DNA from: Prevotella sp.
Lineage (GTDB): Bacteria; Bacteroidota; Bacteroidia; Bacteroidales; Dysgonomonadaceae
Assembly: GCA_031285625.1 (NCBI GenBank)
Contig: JAITVV010000056.1
Location: 32,001 to 96,000 of the forward strand
Direction: 5' to 3'
DNA length: 64,000 nucleotides
The position numbers and the translations under genes are program-made. This document shows, piece by piece, positions 20,087 through 28,999 of the stretch (its first letter is position 1; each line of letters opens with the position of its first letter). The notes under the pieces were generated by a model. It ran no database searches and was not told where the DNA came from. It saw only the letters and a list, made by a program, of their open reading frames with translations.

Positions 20087-20159
20087 TTCGGCATAGCTCA
20101 GTGGTAGAGCGCCCGGCTCTGGGTCCGGGTGGACGTAGGTTCGAGCCCTGCTGCCGGAT
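20087..20159 (+). tRNA. tRNA-like gene 2, 8-nt anticodon loop CUCUGGGU (Pro-UGG-like plus extra C)
   Basis: Acceptor TTCGGCA/TGCCGGA, D arm GCTC-AGTGGTA-GAGC, anticodon stem CCCGG/CCGGG, variable TGGAC, T arm GTAGG-TTCGAGC-CCTGC; no CCA. Confidence 0.85.
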
Positions 20160-20204
20160 TATTTTTTCAAATAAATTGTCTTATATTAGTATCATATACA
20201 TAAG

Positions 20205-20254
20205 ATAAGTAACAAAGAGAAAACATAAAATATGTGTTACTTTTGTCACTTTTT
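20205..20254. repeat. ~50-bp intergenic element copy 2
   Basis: ATAAGTAACAAAG...GTGTTACTTTTGTCACTTTT; contains TACTTTTG -7 box for the downstream gene. Confidence 0.6.
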
Positions 20255-20275
20255 CCGAATTAAAACCTTTAGAAT

Positions 20276-21217
20276 ATGAACGGCTGGGAAATTAAAAGTT
20301 TTACACAGGCACTGAATGATGCACAGAGTGGAAATAGCAAAGAACTAGACTCGCTAGTCGCCAACTATCCCTTATGTGCTGTTAAATCTGATTATTCACA
20401 AGCTATTATACTCCGCAGATTCCATGTACAGATATGGAAAGACGAACGAAGAGTACTTAATTGTGAACCAGACACCTATGCCGGCAGCAAAAGTGACGAT
20501 GAACAATGGGGAATCACTCTGGCCAACTATGATAAAACAACAGGTTCAGGTTCGGAAGGAAGTAAATGTATTCCCAATTATAAGTATACAAGTGTCTCAA
20601 TAAATAATGATACCATTACCCTGAAATGGGAAAATTCAGAGGTTGCTACCAATCTGAAAGAAATATACAGAAAACTGAGGTTCATATATGGCATTTCGAC
20701 AACCAAAGAAATTGAGGAGGCTTTTGGCACTCTCTGCAATGAAACAATAATAGCACCACCACCTGTAACAGTTGTTTATAAAACATTAGAGAGTGAAATT
20801 CTGGGAACATTCAAGTTTGACAAAAAACTTGAATATTATAAAACCAAATACAAAATAGGGAAGCAAAATGTAAATATTACAATAGACCTGACTTATCCTG
20901 ATGAACTAAAAATGAATCTCAAAAAAGCAGAGAAGCTGATGTCTGCAAAATTCTATGAAAAAGCCTTGCAGAAAATGGCTAAGCCAATGGTAAAACTTAA
21001 AAACGACACATGGCTGGAAGAATACGATAACGGAGAGGAGGAACAACCAATAACAACAGACGAATTACTGAAACGCATAAGAATAACGGATATAGCATTT
21101 GATGATGAATGTGAAGCCGAGATATATTGCGATGATGACGATATATTCTGGGGGCATAGCATCCTTATCAGTACCAATGCAAGAGGTACATATCAAGATG
21201 CTACTCTGGCAGGGTAA
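20276..21217 (+). CDS. Two-domain protein with C-terminal DUF2262-like domain
   Basis: C-terminal LKNDTWLEE...DDDDIFWGHSI...ATLAG pattern; N-terminal half unrecognised. Confidence 0.7.
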   Translation: MNGWEIKSFTQALNDAQSGNSKELDSLVANYPLCAVKSDYSQAIILRRFHVQIWKDERRVLNCEPDTYAGSKSDDEQWGITLANYDKTTGSGSEGSKCIPNYKYTSVSINNDTITLKWENSEVATNLKEIYRKLRFIYGISTTKEIEEAFGTLCNETIIAPPPVTVVYKTLESEILGTFKFDKKLEYYKTKYKIGKQNVNITIDLTYPDELKMNLKKAEKLMSAKFYEKALQKMAKPMVKLKNDTWLEEYDNGEEEQPITTDELLKRIRITDIAFDDECEAEIYCDDDDIFWGHSILISTNARGTYQDATLAG

Positions 21218-21287
21218 AAGGAATCTGTTGCTTAAAATAGATGTATAAAACAGAATATGCACTATCTTTGCAGAAATTAAAATAATA

Positions 21288-21644
21288 ATGGATACTACCA
21301 GACAACAAAAAATAAACAGACTTATTCAAAAAGAACTAAGCGAAATATTCAGAAAACAAACTCAACAAATGCGCGGAGTATTGGTTTCTGTCAGCATTGT
21401 ACGTATCAGTCCCGATCTGGGGCTAGCCAAGGCTTACCTGAGTATTTTCCCTTCCGATCAGTCAAAGGAATTACTTGCTAACATAAAAGCAAATATGAAA
21501 GCTATACGCTTCGACCTGGGACAAAGACTCGGAAAACAACTACGCGTAATACCCGAACTGGCCTTCTATCTAGATGACTCTCTTGATTACCTGGAGAACA
21601 TAGATAAGCTTTTAGGTTCTGATAACAGTAAAAAAGAAGAATAA
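21288..21644 (+). CDS. rbfA: Ribosome-binding factor A
   Basis: RQQKINRLIQKELSEIF, VRISPDL, LRVIPELAFYLDDSLDY. Confidence 0.96.
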   Translation: MDTTRQQKINRLIQKELSEIFRKQTQQMRGVLVSVSIVRISPDLGLAKAYLSIFPSDQSKELLANIKANMKAIRFDLGQRLGKQLRVIPELAFYLDDSLDYLENIDKLLGSDNSKKEE

Positions 21645-21646
21645 GG

Positions 21647-22864
21647 TTGAATCTTCCCCTGCACATAGCCCGTCGTTATCTTTTTGCGAAGAAGTCGCAC
21701 AATGCTATCAATATCATCTCTATGATATCGGTATGCGGTATTACTGTAGCTACAATGGCATTGGTTTGTGCATTATCCGTGTTCAATGGTTTTACAGATG
21801 TAGTAGCAAAAACATTCAGTGCTTTTGATCCCGAATTGCAGATAGTTCCGGCACAGGGCAAAGTCTTTGATCCTACAAACGCACAGATAGAACAAATAAA
21901 GAAACTTCCTGAAATAGCATTTACTGCCGAAGAATTGGAGGAAAATGCCCTGATAAAATTTGCTGATCGCCAGGAACCGATTATCCTAAAAGGAGTTTCT
22001 CCTGAATTTGAACATCTGGCCAGTATAGATAAGCTCGTTATAGATGGTCATTTTTCTCTGCGGGAAGGTGATATAGATAATGGTGTCATAGGGGCCGGGC
22101 TTGCAATGTTTTTAGGGGTAAGGGCAGGGTTTCTTGATCCTGTAGAATTATATGTCCCTAAGCGAAATGAGCGTATTAATCTGGCTAATCCAGCTACAGC
22201 TTTTACTCAGTCGGAAGCATATATAAGTGGTGTATTTGCACTCAATCAGCAGAAATATGATGATCAAATGCTGATTGTGTCTATCGATCTGGCGCGTGAA
22301 CTACTCAGATATGAAAATGAGATATCGTCACTCGATATTAAAGTAAAAGACGGGGCAAACATAGATAAAGTACATAGTGAGATCAAATCGATTCTGGGAA
22401 ATGATTTCATTATAAAAAATAGATTTGAACAGCAAGAGGAATTATATCGAATGGTAAACATTGAGAAATGGGTTACTTTTCTGATCTTATCAATTATTCT
22501 TCTGATTGCAGTTTTTAACATTGTTGGATCACTAACAATGTTGATCATCGAAAAAGATGAGGACATCAAGATATTAAAGAGCCTTGGTGGAAATAATAAA
22601 TTTATAACAAAAATATTTTTATTCGAAGGCTGGCTTATTACATTAGTGGGAGCTTTCGCAGGACTGGTATTGGGGCTTATTATATGTTTGTTACAACAGC
22701 ATTTTGGATTATTAAAACTAGGTTCTACGCCCGGTGCGTTTGTTATTGATGCTTATCCCGTATCTGTGCAGTTCCTGGATATTGCGCTGATCTTTGTTAC
22801 TGTAAATCTGATTGGCTTCTTAGCAGTACTTTATCCGATAAACAATTTGAGAAAAAGGCTATAG
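21647..22864 (+). CDS. LolC/E-like FtsX family ABC permease (TTG start)
   Basis: IARRYLFAKKS, LSVFNGF, IAVFNIVGSLTMLIIEK, IFLFEG. Confidence 0.88.
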   Translation: MNLPLHIARRYLFAKKSHNAINIISMISVCGITVATMALVCALSVFNGFTDVVAKTFSAFDPELQIVPAQGKVFDPTNAQIEQIKKLPEIAFTAEELEENALIKFADRQEPIILKGVSPEFEHLASIDKLVIDGHFSLREGDIDNGVIGAGLAMFLGVRAGFLDPVELYVPKRNERINLANPATAFTQSEAYISGVFALNQQKYDDQMLIVSIDLARELLRYENEISSLDIKVKDGANIDKVHSEIKSILGNDFIIKNRFEQQEELYRMVNIEKWVTFLILSIILLIAVFNIVGSLTMLIIEKDEDIKILKSLGGNNKFITKIFLFEGWLITLVGAFAGLVLGLIICLLQQHFGLLKLGSTPGAFVIDAYPVSVQFLDIALIFVTVNLIGFLAVLYPINNLRKRL

Positions 22865-23344
22865 AATCAGTTGCCAGAATTCCACATCGATCAGTTTTCC
22901 AAATTTAACCCCCGACTCTCTGAAATTTCCTATAAGTTCAAAATTAAATTTCTTATGCAACTTCTGACTAGCCTCATTGGGTAATGATATGACACCGATC
23001 AATGAATGAATATCTATTTGACGCGCCCTTTCTATCAGTTCCTTGTATAGGATACTACCAACACCACTGCCAATCGCTTTATGGTCCAGGTAAACACTCG
23101 TTTCTAAAGTAATATCATATGCTTTACGCTCCCGCCAATTGTTCAGGTAAGCGTATCCGGTTATCACACCATTATCTTCATAAACAAAGTAAGGAAAGTT
23201 TTTCGCAGTAGTTTTCTGTATACGTTTTTGTATATCCTCTTCCGAAACAGTATCATACTCAAAAGTTACGACTGTTTCTCTTATATAGTAGTTGTAAATT
23301 TCAGCTATTCTGGCAGCATCATCTAAGGTAACATCTCTTATCAT
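22859..23344 (-). CDS. GNAT N-acetyltransferase (phosphinothricin/MddA-like)
   Basis: IAEIYNYYI, ETSVYL, GVGSILY, NEASQKLH, GVKFGKLIDV. Confidence 0.9.
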   Translation of the reverse strand: MIRDVTLDDAARIAEIYNYYIRETVVTFEYDTVSEEDIQKRIQKTTAKNFPYFVYEDNGVITGYAYLNNWRERKAYDITLETSVYLDHKAIGSGVGSILYKELIERARQIDIHSLIGVISLPNEASQKLHKKFNFELIGNFRESGVKFGKLIDVEFWQLIL

Positions 23345-23346
23345 AC

Positions 23347-23760
23347 CTATTCTCCTGTATAAGGTGGTATTTCATCCGTATTTTGAATAACAGGCTCAGC
23401 TGAAATAATACTATCTACTATAAATTTAGTATATCCCCGCCATGGCAATGCTCCAAAATATTCTTTATAATGTAACTTGACATTTTGTCCACTTAACGGC
23501 ATCAGTTTATCATACAATTCTCTGCTTTCTACCGAGAATTGGAATTCGTTTGACTGTAGCCCCTGCTGCCCCGGACGAAAACCCGATTGAATTAGTTCAC
23601 CTTCAAATGTTTTGAAAATAATCCCTTTGTGCTTTACATTATTCAGTATTCCGGCCTTTACCCCGGAATCACTAAACGGGACATAGAACCAAACATACCC
23701 GAAGATAAGAAGGCCTGCTACAACTATTGCTAAAATAATGAGAATAACCTTTTTTGCCAT
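23347..23760 (-). CDS. Hypothetical membrane-anchored protein
   Basis: N-terminal TM; GVKAG, KGIIFKTFEGEL, LHYKEY..ALPWRG. Confidence 0.8.
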   Translation of the reverse strand: MAKKVILIILAIVVAGLLIFGYVWFYVPFSDSGVKAGILNNVKHKGIIFKTFEGELIQSGFRPGQQGLQSNEFQFSVESRELYDKLMPLSGQNVKLHYKEYFGALPWRGYTKFIVDSIISAEPVIQNTDEIPPYTGE

Positions 23761-23890
23761 ATTATGATAGTGTAAAATGTTAAAACAACATTTCAGATGT
23801 TTTGTTCAGAAGGCAAAGATATTCATATTTTTAGACTATTTTTGTCTCTAGAATTAAAAAATACAGGTAAACTTATCTATATTTAAATAC

Positions 23891-24256
23891 ATGAATATCG
23901 AAGAGTTAAGAAACCATTGTTTATCGGTAAAAGGTGCTACCGAGAGCTTCCCTTTTGATAAAAAGACACTTGTATTCAAAGTGATGGGTAAAATGTTTGC
24001 TTATATCAATCTAGAGCCTAAAGATGCTTTGTTTCGTGTAGATATGAAATGCGATCCCGATAAGTCGACTGAACTTCGGGAAAAATATACGGGTATTACA
24101 TATGGCACTCACACACGTGAACTTATGTGGAATGCTGTCTACCTATTGAGTGACGTACCCGATTCTCTTATACAAGAGTTAATTAACCATTCGGTAAGTG
24201 AAGTAATAAATAAGTTACCAAAGAAAAAACAGGCAGAGTATAAAGATTTAAAATAA
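23891..24256 (+). CDS. MmcQ/YjbR family DNA-binding protein
   Basis: ESFPFD...VFKVMGKMFA, KCDP. Confidence 0.9.
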   Translation: MNIEELRNHCLSVKGATESFPFDKKTLVFKVMGKMFAYINLEPKDALFRVDMKCDPDKSTELREKYTGITYGTHTRELMWNAVYLLSDVPDSLIQELINHSVSEVINKLPKKKQAEYKDLK

Positions 24257-24268
24257 AGGGAGATATCA

Positions 24269-24871
24269 ATGATAATTAAAGATGCACAATTTGTAATAAG
24301 CAATACCGATCACAGGAAATGTCCGGATGACAATAAGCCCGAGTATGCATTTATAGGGAGATCCAATGTTGGAAAATCTTCTCTTATCAATATGCTTACC
24401 AACAGAAAAGGTCTGGCTATGACTTCTTCTAAACCGGGTAAAACACAATTAATAAACCATTTCATCATCAATAACGAATGGTATCTCGTAGATTTACCGG
24501 GTTATGGGTATGCACAACGGGGAAAAGAGGGACGCGAAAAGATCAGAAAAATAATTGACAGTTATATTACTGAAAGAGTACAACTGACTTGTCTCTTCTT
24601 ACTACTCGACAGTCGTCACGAGCCTCAAAAAATAGATATCGAGTTTATGAACTGGCTGGGCGAAGAAGAGGTTCCATTTGTGATTGTATTTACCAAAATA
24701 GATAAGATCAGCAAGGGTAAGCTAAAAGATAATACAGAAGCCTATATCACAAAACTTCATGAAACATGGGAAGAACTCCCACCAATATTTTATACTTCAT
24801 CAGAACACAAACTGGGCGGAGACGAAATATTAAATTATATTGACGAAATAAATAAAAGCCTGAAAGGATGA
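24269..24871 (+). CDS. engB: Ribosome biogenesis GTPase YihA/YsxC/EngB
   Basis: [28 protein letters not shown]. Confidence 0.96.
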   Translation: MIIKDAQFVISNTDHRKCPDDNKPEYAFIGRSNVGKSSLINMLTNRKGLAMTSSKPGKTQLINHFIINNEWYLVDLPGYGYAQRGKEGREKIRKIIDSYITERVQLTCLFLLLDSRHEPQKIDIEFMNWLGEEEVPFVIVFTKIDKISKGKLKDNTEAYITKLHETWEELPPIFYTSSEHKLGGDEILNYIDEINKSLKG

Positions 24872-25350
24872 TGGATCAAAAAGATACGCAATCAAAATAT
24901 ATGAAAAAAGCCATCCTTTGGGCAAAGAAAAGTGTAGTGAAAGGAGGCGGCCCTTTCGGTGCTGTCATAGTCAAAGATGGAAATATCATAGCACAGGGAC
25001 ATAACTGCGTTACCCTAAGCAATGATCCTACGGCACATGCAGAAGTGACAGTAATAAGGAAAGCCTGTAAAAAACTGAATACATTTGATCTTTCAGGATG
25101 CGAAATATATACATCCTGCGAGCCATGCCCAATGTGTCTGGCTGCAATTTACTGGGCCCGTATAAATAAGATATATTATGGGTGCACTAAATCAGATGCC
25201 AAGGACATTGGCTTTGACGATTCATTCATATATGATCAGATCGATTTAAAGCCGGAAAGAAGATCTATCCCGGCAACCAATATCTTACACAAGGAAGCAT
25301 TAGAAGCTTTCAAAATGTGGAATGAAAAAGATGATAAGATCGAATATTAA
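24868..25350 (+). CDS. guaD: Nucleoside/guanine deaminase (CDA fold)
   Basis: [28 protein letters not shown]. Confidence 0.8.
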   Translation: MMDQKDTQSKYMKKAILWAKKSVVKGGGPFGAVIVKDGNIIAQGHNCVTLSNDPTAHAEVTVIRKACKKLNTFDLSGCEIYTSCEPCPMCLAAIYWARINKIYYGCTKSDAKDIGFDDSFIYDQIDLKPERRSIPATNILHKEALEAFKMWNEKDDKIEY

Positions 25351-25452
25351 GTTTTGCTTAAATAAAACTAAAATTGAACGAATTATCAGCATCAGTGATT
25401 ACAAAATCCGGTAAATACCGTATACTTAATTGAACCATTAAAATATAAGACC

Positions 25453-26097
25453 ATGCTATTTGTACCCTTAATCGACGCAACAGATGTTAACAATCCGGCT
25501 CAGATCATAGAATGCATGCAAAATGTGCAGGAAAATAATATTTCATGTGTAAACTGGCCGGAATTATACCCATCTGACCCGAAAGTATCTTTCAAAATGG
25601 CCCATAACGGGAACTACTTATTCATTCAGTTCTTCGTAGAAGAAAATGAAGTGCTTGCAAAGACAACAGAAGACAACGGTCCGGTATGGACAGATTCATG
25701 TGTTGAGTTCTTTATCTCATTCAACAATTCTCCTCAATATTACAATGCAGAATTTTCATGCATTGGAAAAGCATTGCTTGGATACAGAAAGGATAGAAAT
25801 AGCGCATTACATGCAGATCCTGCAATTATGAAAACCATTAAGCGTTATTCAAGCCTTGGCACAGAGCCATTTGATAAAAAACAAGGTGATTTTAAATGGA
25901 ATATGTTGGTAGCAATACCTGTTTCGGCATATTGGCAATCCGATTTGACATCCTTTAGTGGAATAAAGGCACGTGCTAATTTTTATAAATGCGGGGATGA
26001 CCTTACAACCCCTCATTACCTATCATGGAATCCCATCAAAACAGAAAAGCCAAACTTCCATGTTCCCCAATTTTTCGGAGAACTAAACTTCGAATAA
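25453..26097 (+). CDS. Carbohydrate-binding family 9-like (DOMON-like) protein
   Basis: VWTDSCVEFF, ANFYKCGD, PHYLSW, PNFHVPQFFG. Confidence 0.82.
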   Translation: MLFVPLIDATDVNNPAQIIECMQNVQENNISCVNWPELYPSDPKVSFKMAHNGNYLFIQFFVEENEVLAKTTEDNGPVWTDSCVEFFISFNNSPQYYNAEFSCIGKALLGYRKDRNSALHADPAIMKTIKRYSSLGTEPFDKKQGDFKWNMLVAIPVSAYWQSDLTSFSGIKARANFYKCGDDLTTPHYLSWNPIKTEKPNFHVPQFFGELNFE

Positions 26098-26127
26098 CAT
26101 TAAAAATATATTTTACAGTTAAACATC

Positions 26128-26159
26128 AATAATAGAGGGAAATACCCTCTATTATTTTT
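26128..26159 (+). terminator. Intrinsic terminator
   Basis: AATAATAGAGGG-aaata-CCCTCTATTATT followed by Ts. Confidence 0.8.
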
Positions 26160-26268
26160 ATGTTAAAAATACTTTCATAGGTGATTTTTTTTTCTATCTT
26201 TGCGTTGCGAAAAGAGTGGTATTTCTTATGCTCTTTTTTCCTCTAAATATGGATATATTTAATTATTT

Positions 26269-26916
26269 ATGAAAAATAATCTATTCGATAGGTTTAAACC
26301 TAAAGAAAATAAGTTTTACCCTCTAATGAGCGGAATGGCTGAAGTTATAGTTACAGCAGCCGATCTTATCATCGAATGTGTACAAGTCACTAACCACAAC
26401 GAAGCTGTAGAATACTACAAGAAAATCAAAGAGCAAGAACGTAAGGCTGATACCATTCAGAATCAGATTTTTGAAGAATTAAACGAAACATTTATCACAC
26501 CTTTCGACCGGGAAGATATTAACCACCTATCTTCTACGATGGATGATGTTATCGATTTGATCAACAGCTGTGCCAAGCGTATTATGCTGTATAGCCCGAA
26601 AGTAATGCCGGAAGCTGCTGCCCGTTTAGCGATGTTTGTTAGAGAATCTGCTGGTTTTCTGGTACAAGCGATTGCCGAACTCGATGTTTTGAAGAAGAAT
26701 ACCGAAAAAATAAAAGAATATTGCGAGCAGTTAGGTGTGATAGAAAAAAAGGCTGATGATGTTTATGAACATTTCCTTATCGACCTCTTCGAAAATGAAA
26801 AAGATGCGATTGAGGTTATCAAATTAAAAGACATTCTTCACGAACTGGAGAGAGCAACTGATGCTTCCGAAGCTGTAGGTAAGATTATCAAAACAATGAT
26901 TGTTAAGTATTCATAA
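26269..26916 (+). CDS. DUF47 phosphate-transport accessory protein
   Basis: LNETFITPFDREDI, EKKAD, LERATD; directly upstream of Pit. Confidence 0.9.
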   Translation: MKNNLFDRFKPKENKFYPLMSGMAEVIVTAADLIIECVQVTNHNEAVEYYKKIKEQERKADTIQNQIFEELNETFITPFDREDINHLSSTMDDVIDLINSCAKRIMLYSPKVMPEAAARLAMFVRESAGFLVQAIAELDVLKKNTEKIKEYCEQLGVIEKKADDVYEHFLIDLFENEKDAIEVIKLKDILHELERATDASEAVGKIIKTMIVKYS

Positions 26917-26927
26917 TCAAAATCAAC

Positions 26928-27977
26928 ATGACTTTATTAATAATAATCATTGTCTTAGCCATCATTTTCGACTTCATCAACGGATTTCACGATGCTGCTA
27001 ACTCAATAGCAACGGTGGTATCCACAAAAGTACTTACTCCCACACAGGCCGTTATCTGGGCCGCTTTTTTTAACTTTGTAGCCTATTTTATTGCAAAATT
27101 CATTATTGGTGGATTTGGTATTGCAGATACAGTATCAAAAACAGTTGATATGGACTTTATTATGCAAAACTTTGGCAATCCCTCTTTAGTTATCATAGCA
27201 GGTCTTGTAGCTGCCATATCATGGAATCTTATAACCTGGTGGCTGGGAATACCCTCATCTTCATCCCATACCCTAATTGGAGGTTTTGCCGGCGCGGGCG
27301 TTGCTGCGTCGGGATTTCAGGCTGTACACTCAGGGGTTATCGGTATCATCGCATTATTTATCGTTGTAGCGCCTTTAATAGGTATGGTAGCGGGAAATAT
27401 CATTACCCTTATTACACTGCATTTCGCTAAAAAAATAAAACCAGGAAAGGCTGACCGCTGGTTTAAAAACCTTCAGTTAATATCATCCGCAGGATTAAGT
27501 ATAGGCCATGGACTGAACGACTCACAAAAGGTAATGGGTATCATTGCAGCTGCCCTGATAGCATATACTCAAACAAACCCGGATGTACATCCTTGGTTAT
27601 ATATGGGGTCTATGGCTGATATGCACGACTGGGTTCCCCTTGCCTGTTTTACGGCCATAGCAGTAGGAACTATGTGCGGTGGTTGGAAAATTATGAAAAC
27701 GATGGGTAACCGTATCACAAAAATCACACCCATAGAAGGTTTTTGCGCACAGACTGCAGGAGCATTAACATTATTCCTCACTGAAAAATGGCATATCCCT
27801 GTAAGTACAACGCACGTTATAACAGGGAGTATTATCGGAGTAGGCTCTATAAAGCGGTTATCTGCTGTCCGTTGGGGTGTAACCAAAGACCTGCTAATAG
27901 CCTGGATATTGACAATTCCTGTAAGTGCAGTTATGGCAATTATAGTTTACCACGCTTTAGGATTAATAATCAAATAA
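26928..27977 (+). CDS. pit: Inorganic phosphate transporter (PiT family)
   Basis: NGFHDAANSIAT, PSSSSH, HGLNDSQK, PVSTTH. Confidence 0.93.
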   Translation: MTLLIIIIVLAIIFDFINGFHDAANSIATVVSTKVLTPTQAVIWAAFFNFVAYFIAKFIIGGFGIADTVSKTVDMDFIMQNFGNPSLVIIAGLVAAISWNLITWWLGIPSSSSHTLIGGFAGAGVAASGFQAVHSGVIGIIALFIVVAPLIGMVAGNIITLITLHFAKKIKPGKADRWFKNLQLISSAGLSIGHGLNDSQKVMGIIAAALIAYTQTNPDVHPWLYMGSMADMHDWVPLACFTAIAVGTMCGGWKIMKTMGNRITKITPIEGFCAQTAGALTLFLTEKWHIPVSTTHVITGSIIGVGSIKRLSAVRWGVTKDLLIAWILTIPVSAVMAIIVYHALGLIIK

Positions 27978-28002
27978 ATAAATCGGACCTTACGAAATAA
28001 TT

Positions 28003-28031
28003 AAAGAGCAAATAATATTTGCTCTTTTTTT
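28003..28031 (+). terminator. Intrinsic terminator
   Basis: AAAGAGCAAATA-a-TATTTGCTCTTT hairpin with T-tail. Confidence 0.8.
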
Positions 28032-28056
28032 GTCTATTGCTTTTTTAATGAAAAGT

Positions 28057-28075
28057 AATATCTTTGCACCGCTTT
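28057..28075 (+). repeat. 19-bp direct repeat copy 1 (promoter -7 box)
   Basis: AATATCTTTGCACCGCTTT identical to 29936-29954. Confidence 0.75.
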
Positions 28076-28119
28076 GACAAAAGACTTTTTAAATAACAAC
28101 AAACTAAATTAACAAAACT

Positions 28120-28954
28120 ATGAAGAAAAACTATCCATTAGCTTTATTTCTCTTATTATGTCTATCTCTTTTCATTTCATGTAGTGATGATGATAACAAT
28201 GATGACAGCAATGGCAGCGTAAAACTACTTTTACAGAAATTGACTGCAACAGATAACAGTTTTGAAATGAGATACCATTACGATGCTCAAAATCGTATCG
28301 TAAAGATGGAAGAAGACGAGAAAGAAGATGGTATTGACATAACTATTTATGAATACAATTCAGAGAACAATCCTGTAAAAAAAGTTGAATCTTACACAGA
28401 CGATAGTGATACTTATCTAACCACATATACCTATAAAGATGATAGTATTTTTGTAAAAATGTTTGAGATAAATTCTCAGACTAAAGTGAGTACAATAGAT
28501 ACTTTAACGATAGATAATAAAGGCTGCCTAAAGAAGATCCACAGTTCATATGGGTCATACATTGCTTATTCAACCTATACATATAATAATGCAGCACAAT
28601 TAACTCAATCTGATTATTATAACAGAAGTGAAGATTATGAGACCAACGGGACAGATACTTATTCTTATGATAATAAGAAAGGTTATTTCTCACATGTAAA
28701 TGTAAAACCCTGGTTTATCAACTATGAATTGGATATATACAGACATACTAATGTTTCTAATTCTTCACTTATCACAAATTCATCCAGCCATAAAGATTTG
28801 AAAACGGGAGAAACTCAGACTTCCACCAGTAAAACTGAATTAACCTACACATATAACGAAGACGGCTATCCAATTACAATGTCGGAAAAAATACACATAT
28901 GGTAGTAAATCAGATACCGAAACTTTTATATTAGGCTATACAGAAACAAAGTAA
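28120..28954 (+). CDS. Beta-rich lipoprotein paralog 1; frameshift near 3' end (ORF stops 28905, homologous frame ends 28954)
   Basis: Lipobox FISC followed by acidic SDDDN; strong similarity to 29000-29842; +1 frame after A6 run gives YTYGSKSDTETFILGYTETK*. Confidence 0.75.
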
Positions 28955-28999
28955 AACTTTTATAATACAGTTCAAAAATATAAACTTAACTAACAAACA

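Noticed and set aside
19992-20159. tRNA-like genes as a prophage/ICE attachment site or ordinary tRNA-Lys/Gln genes
   Set aside because: No integrase and no duplicated 3' tRNA fragment in the window; both are full cloverleafs with different acceptor stems, and CTT/CTG triplet calls leave an 8-nt loop unexplained
19989-20166. CRISPR-like or simple tandem repeat reading of the two similar ~73-nt units
   Set aside because: Only two units, differences are structure-compensatory, no cas genes
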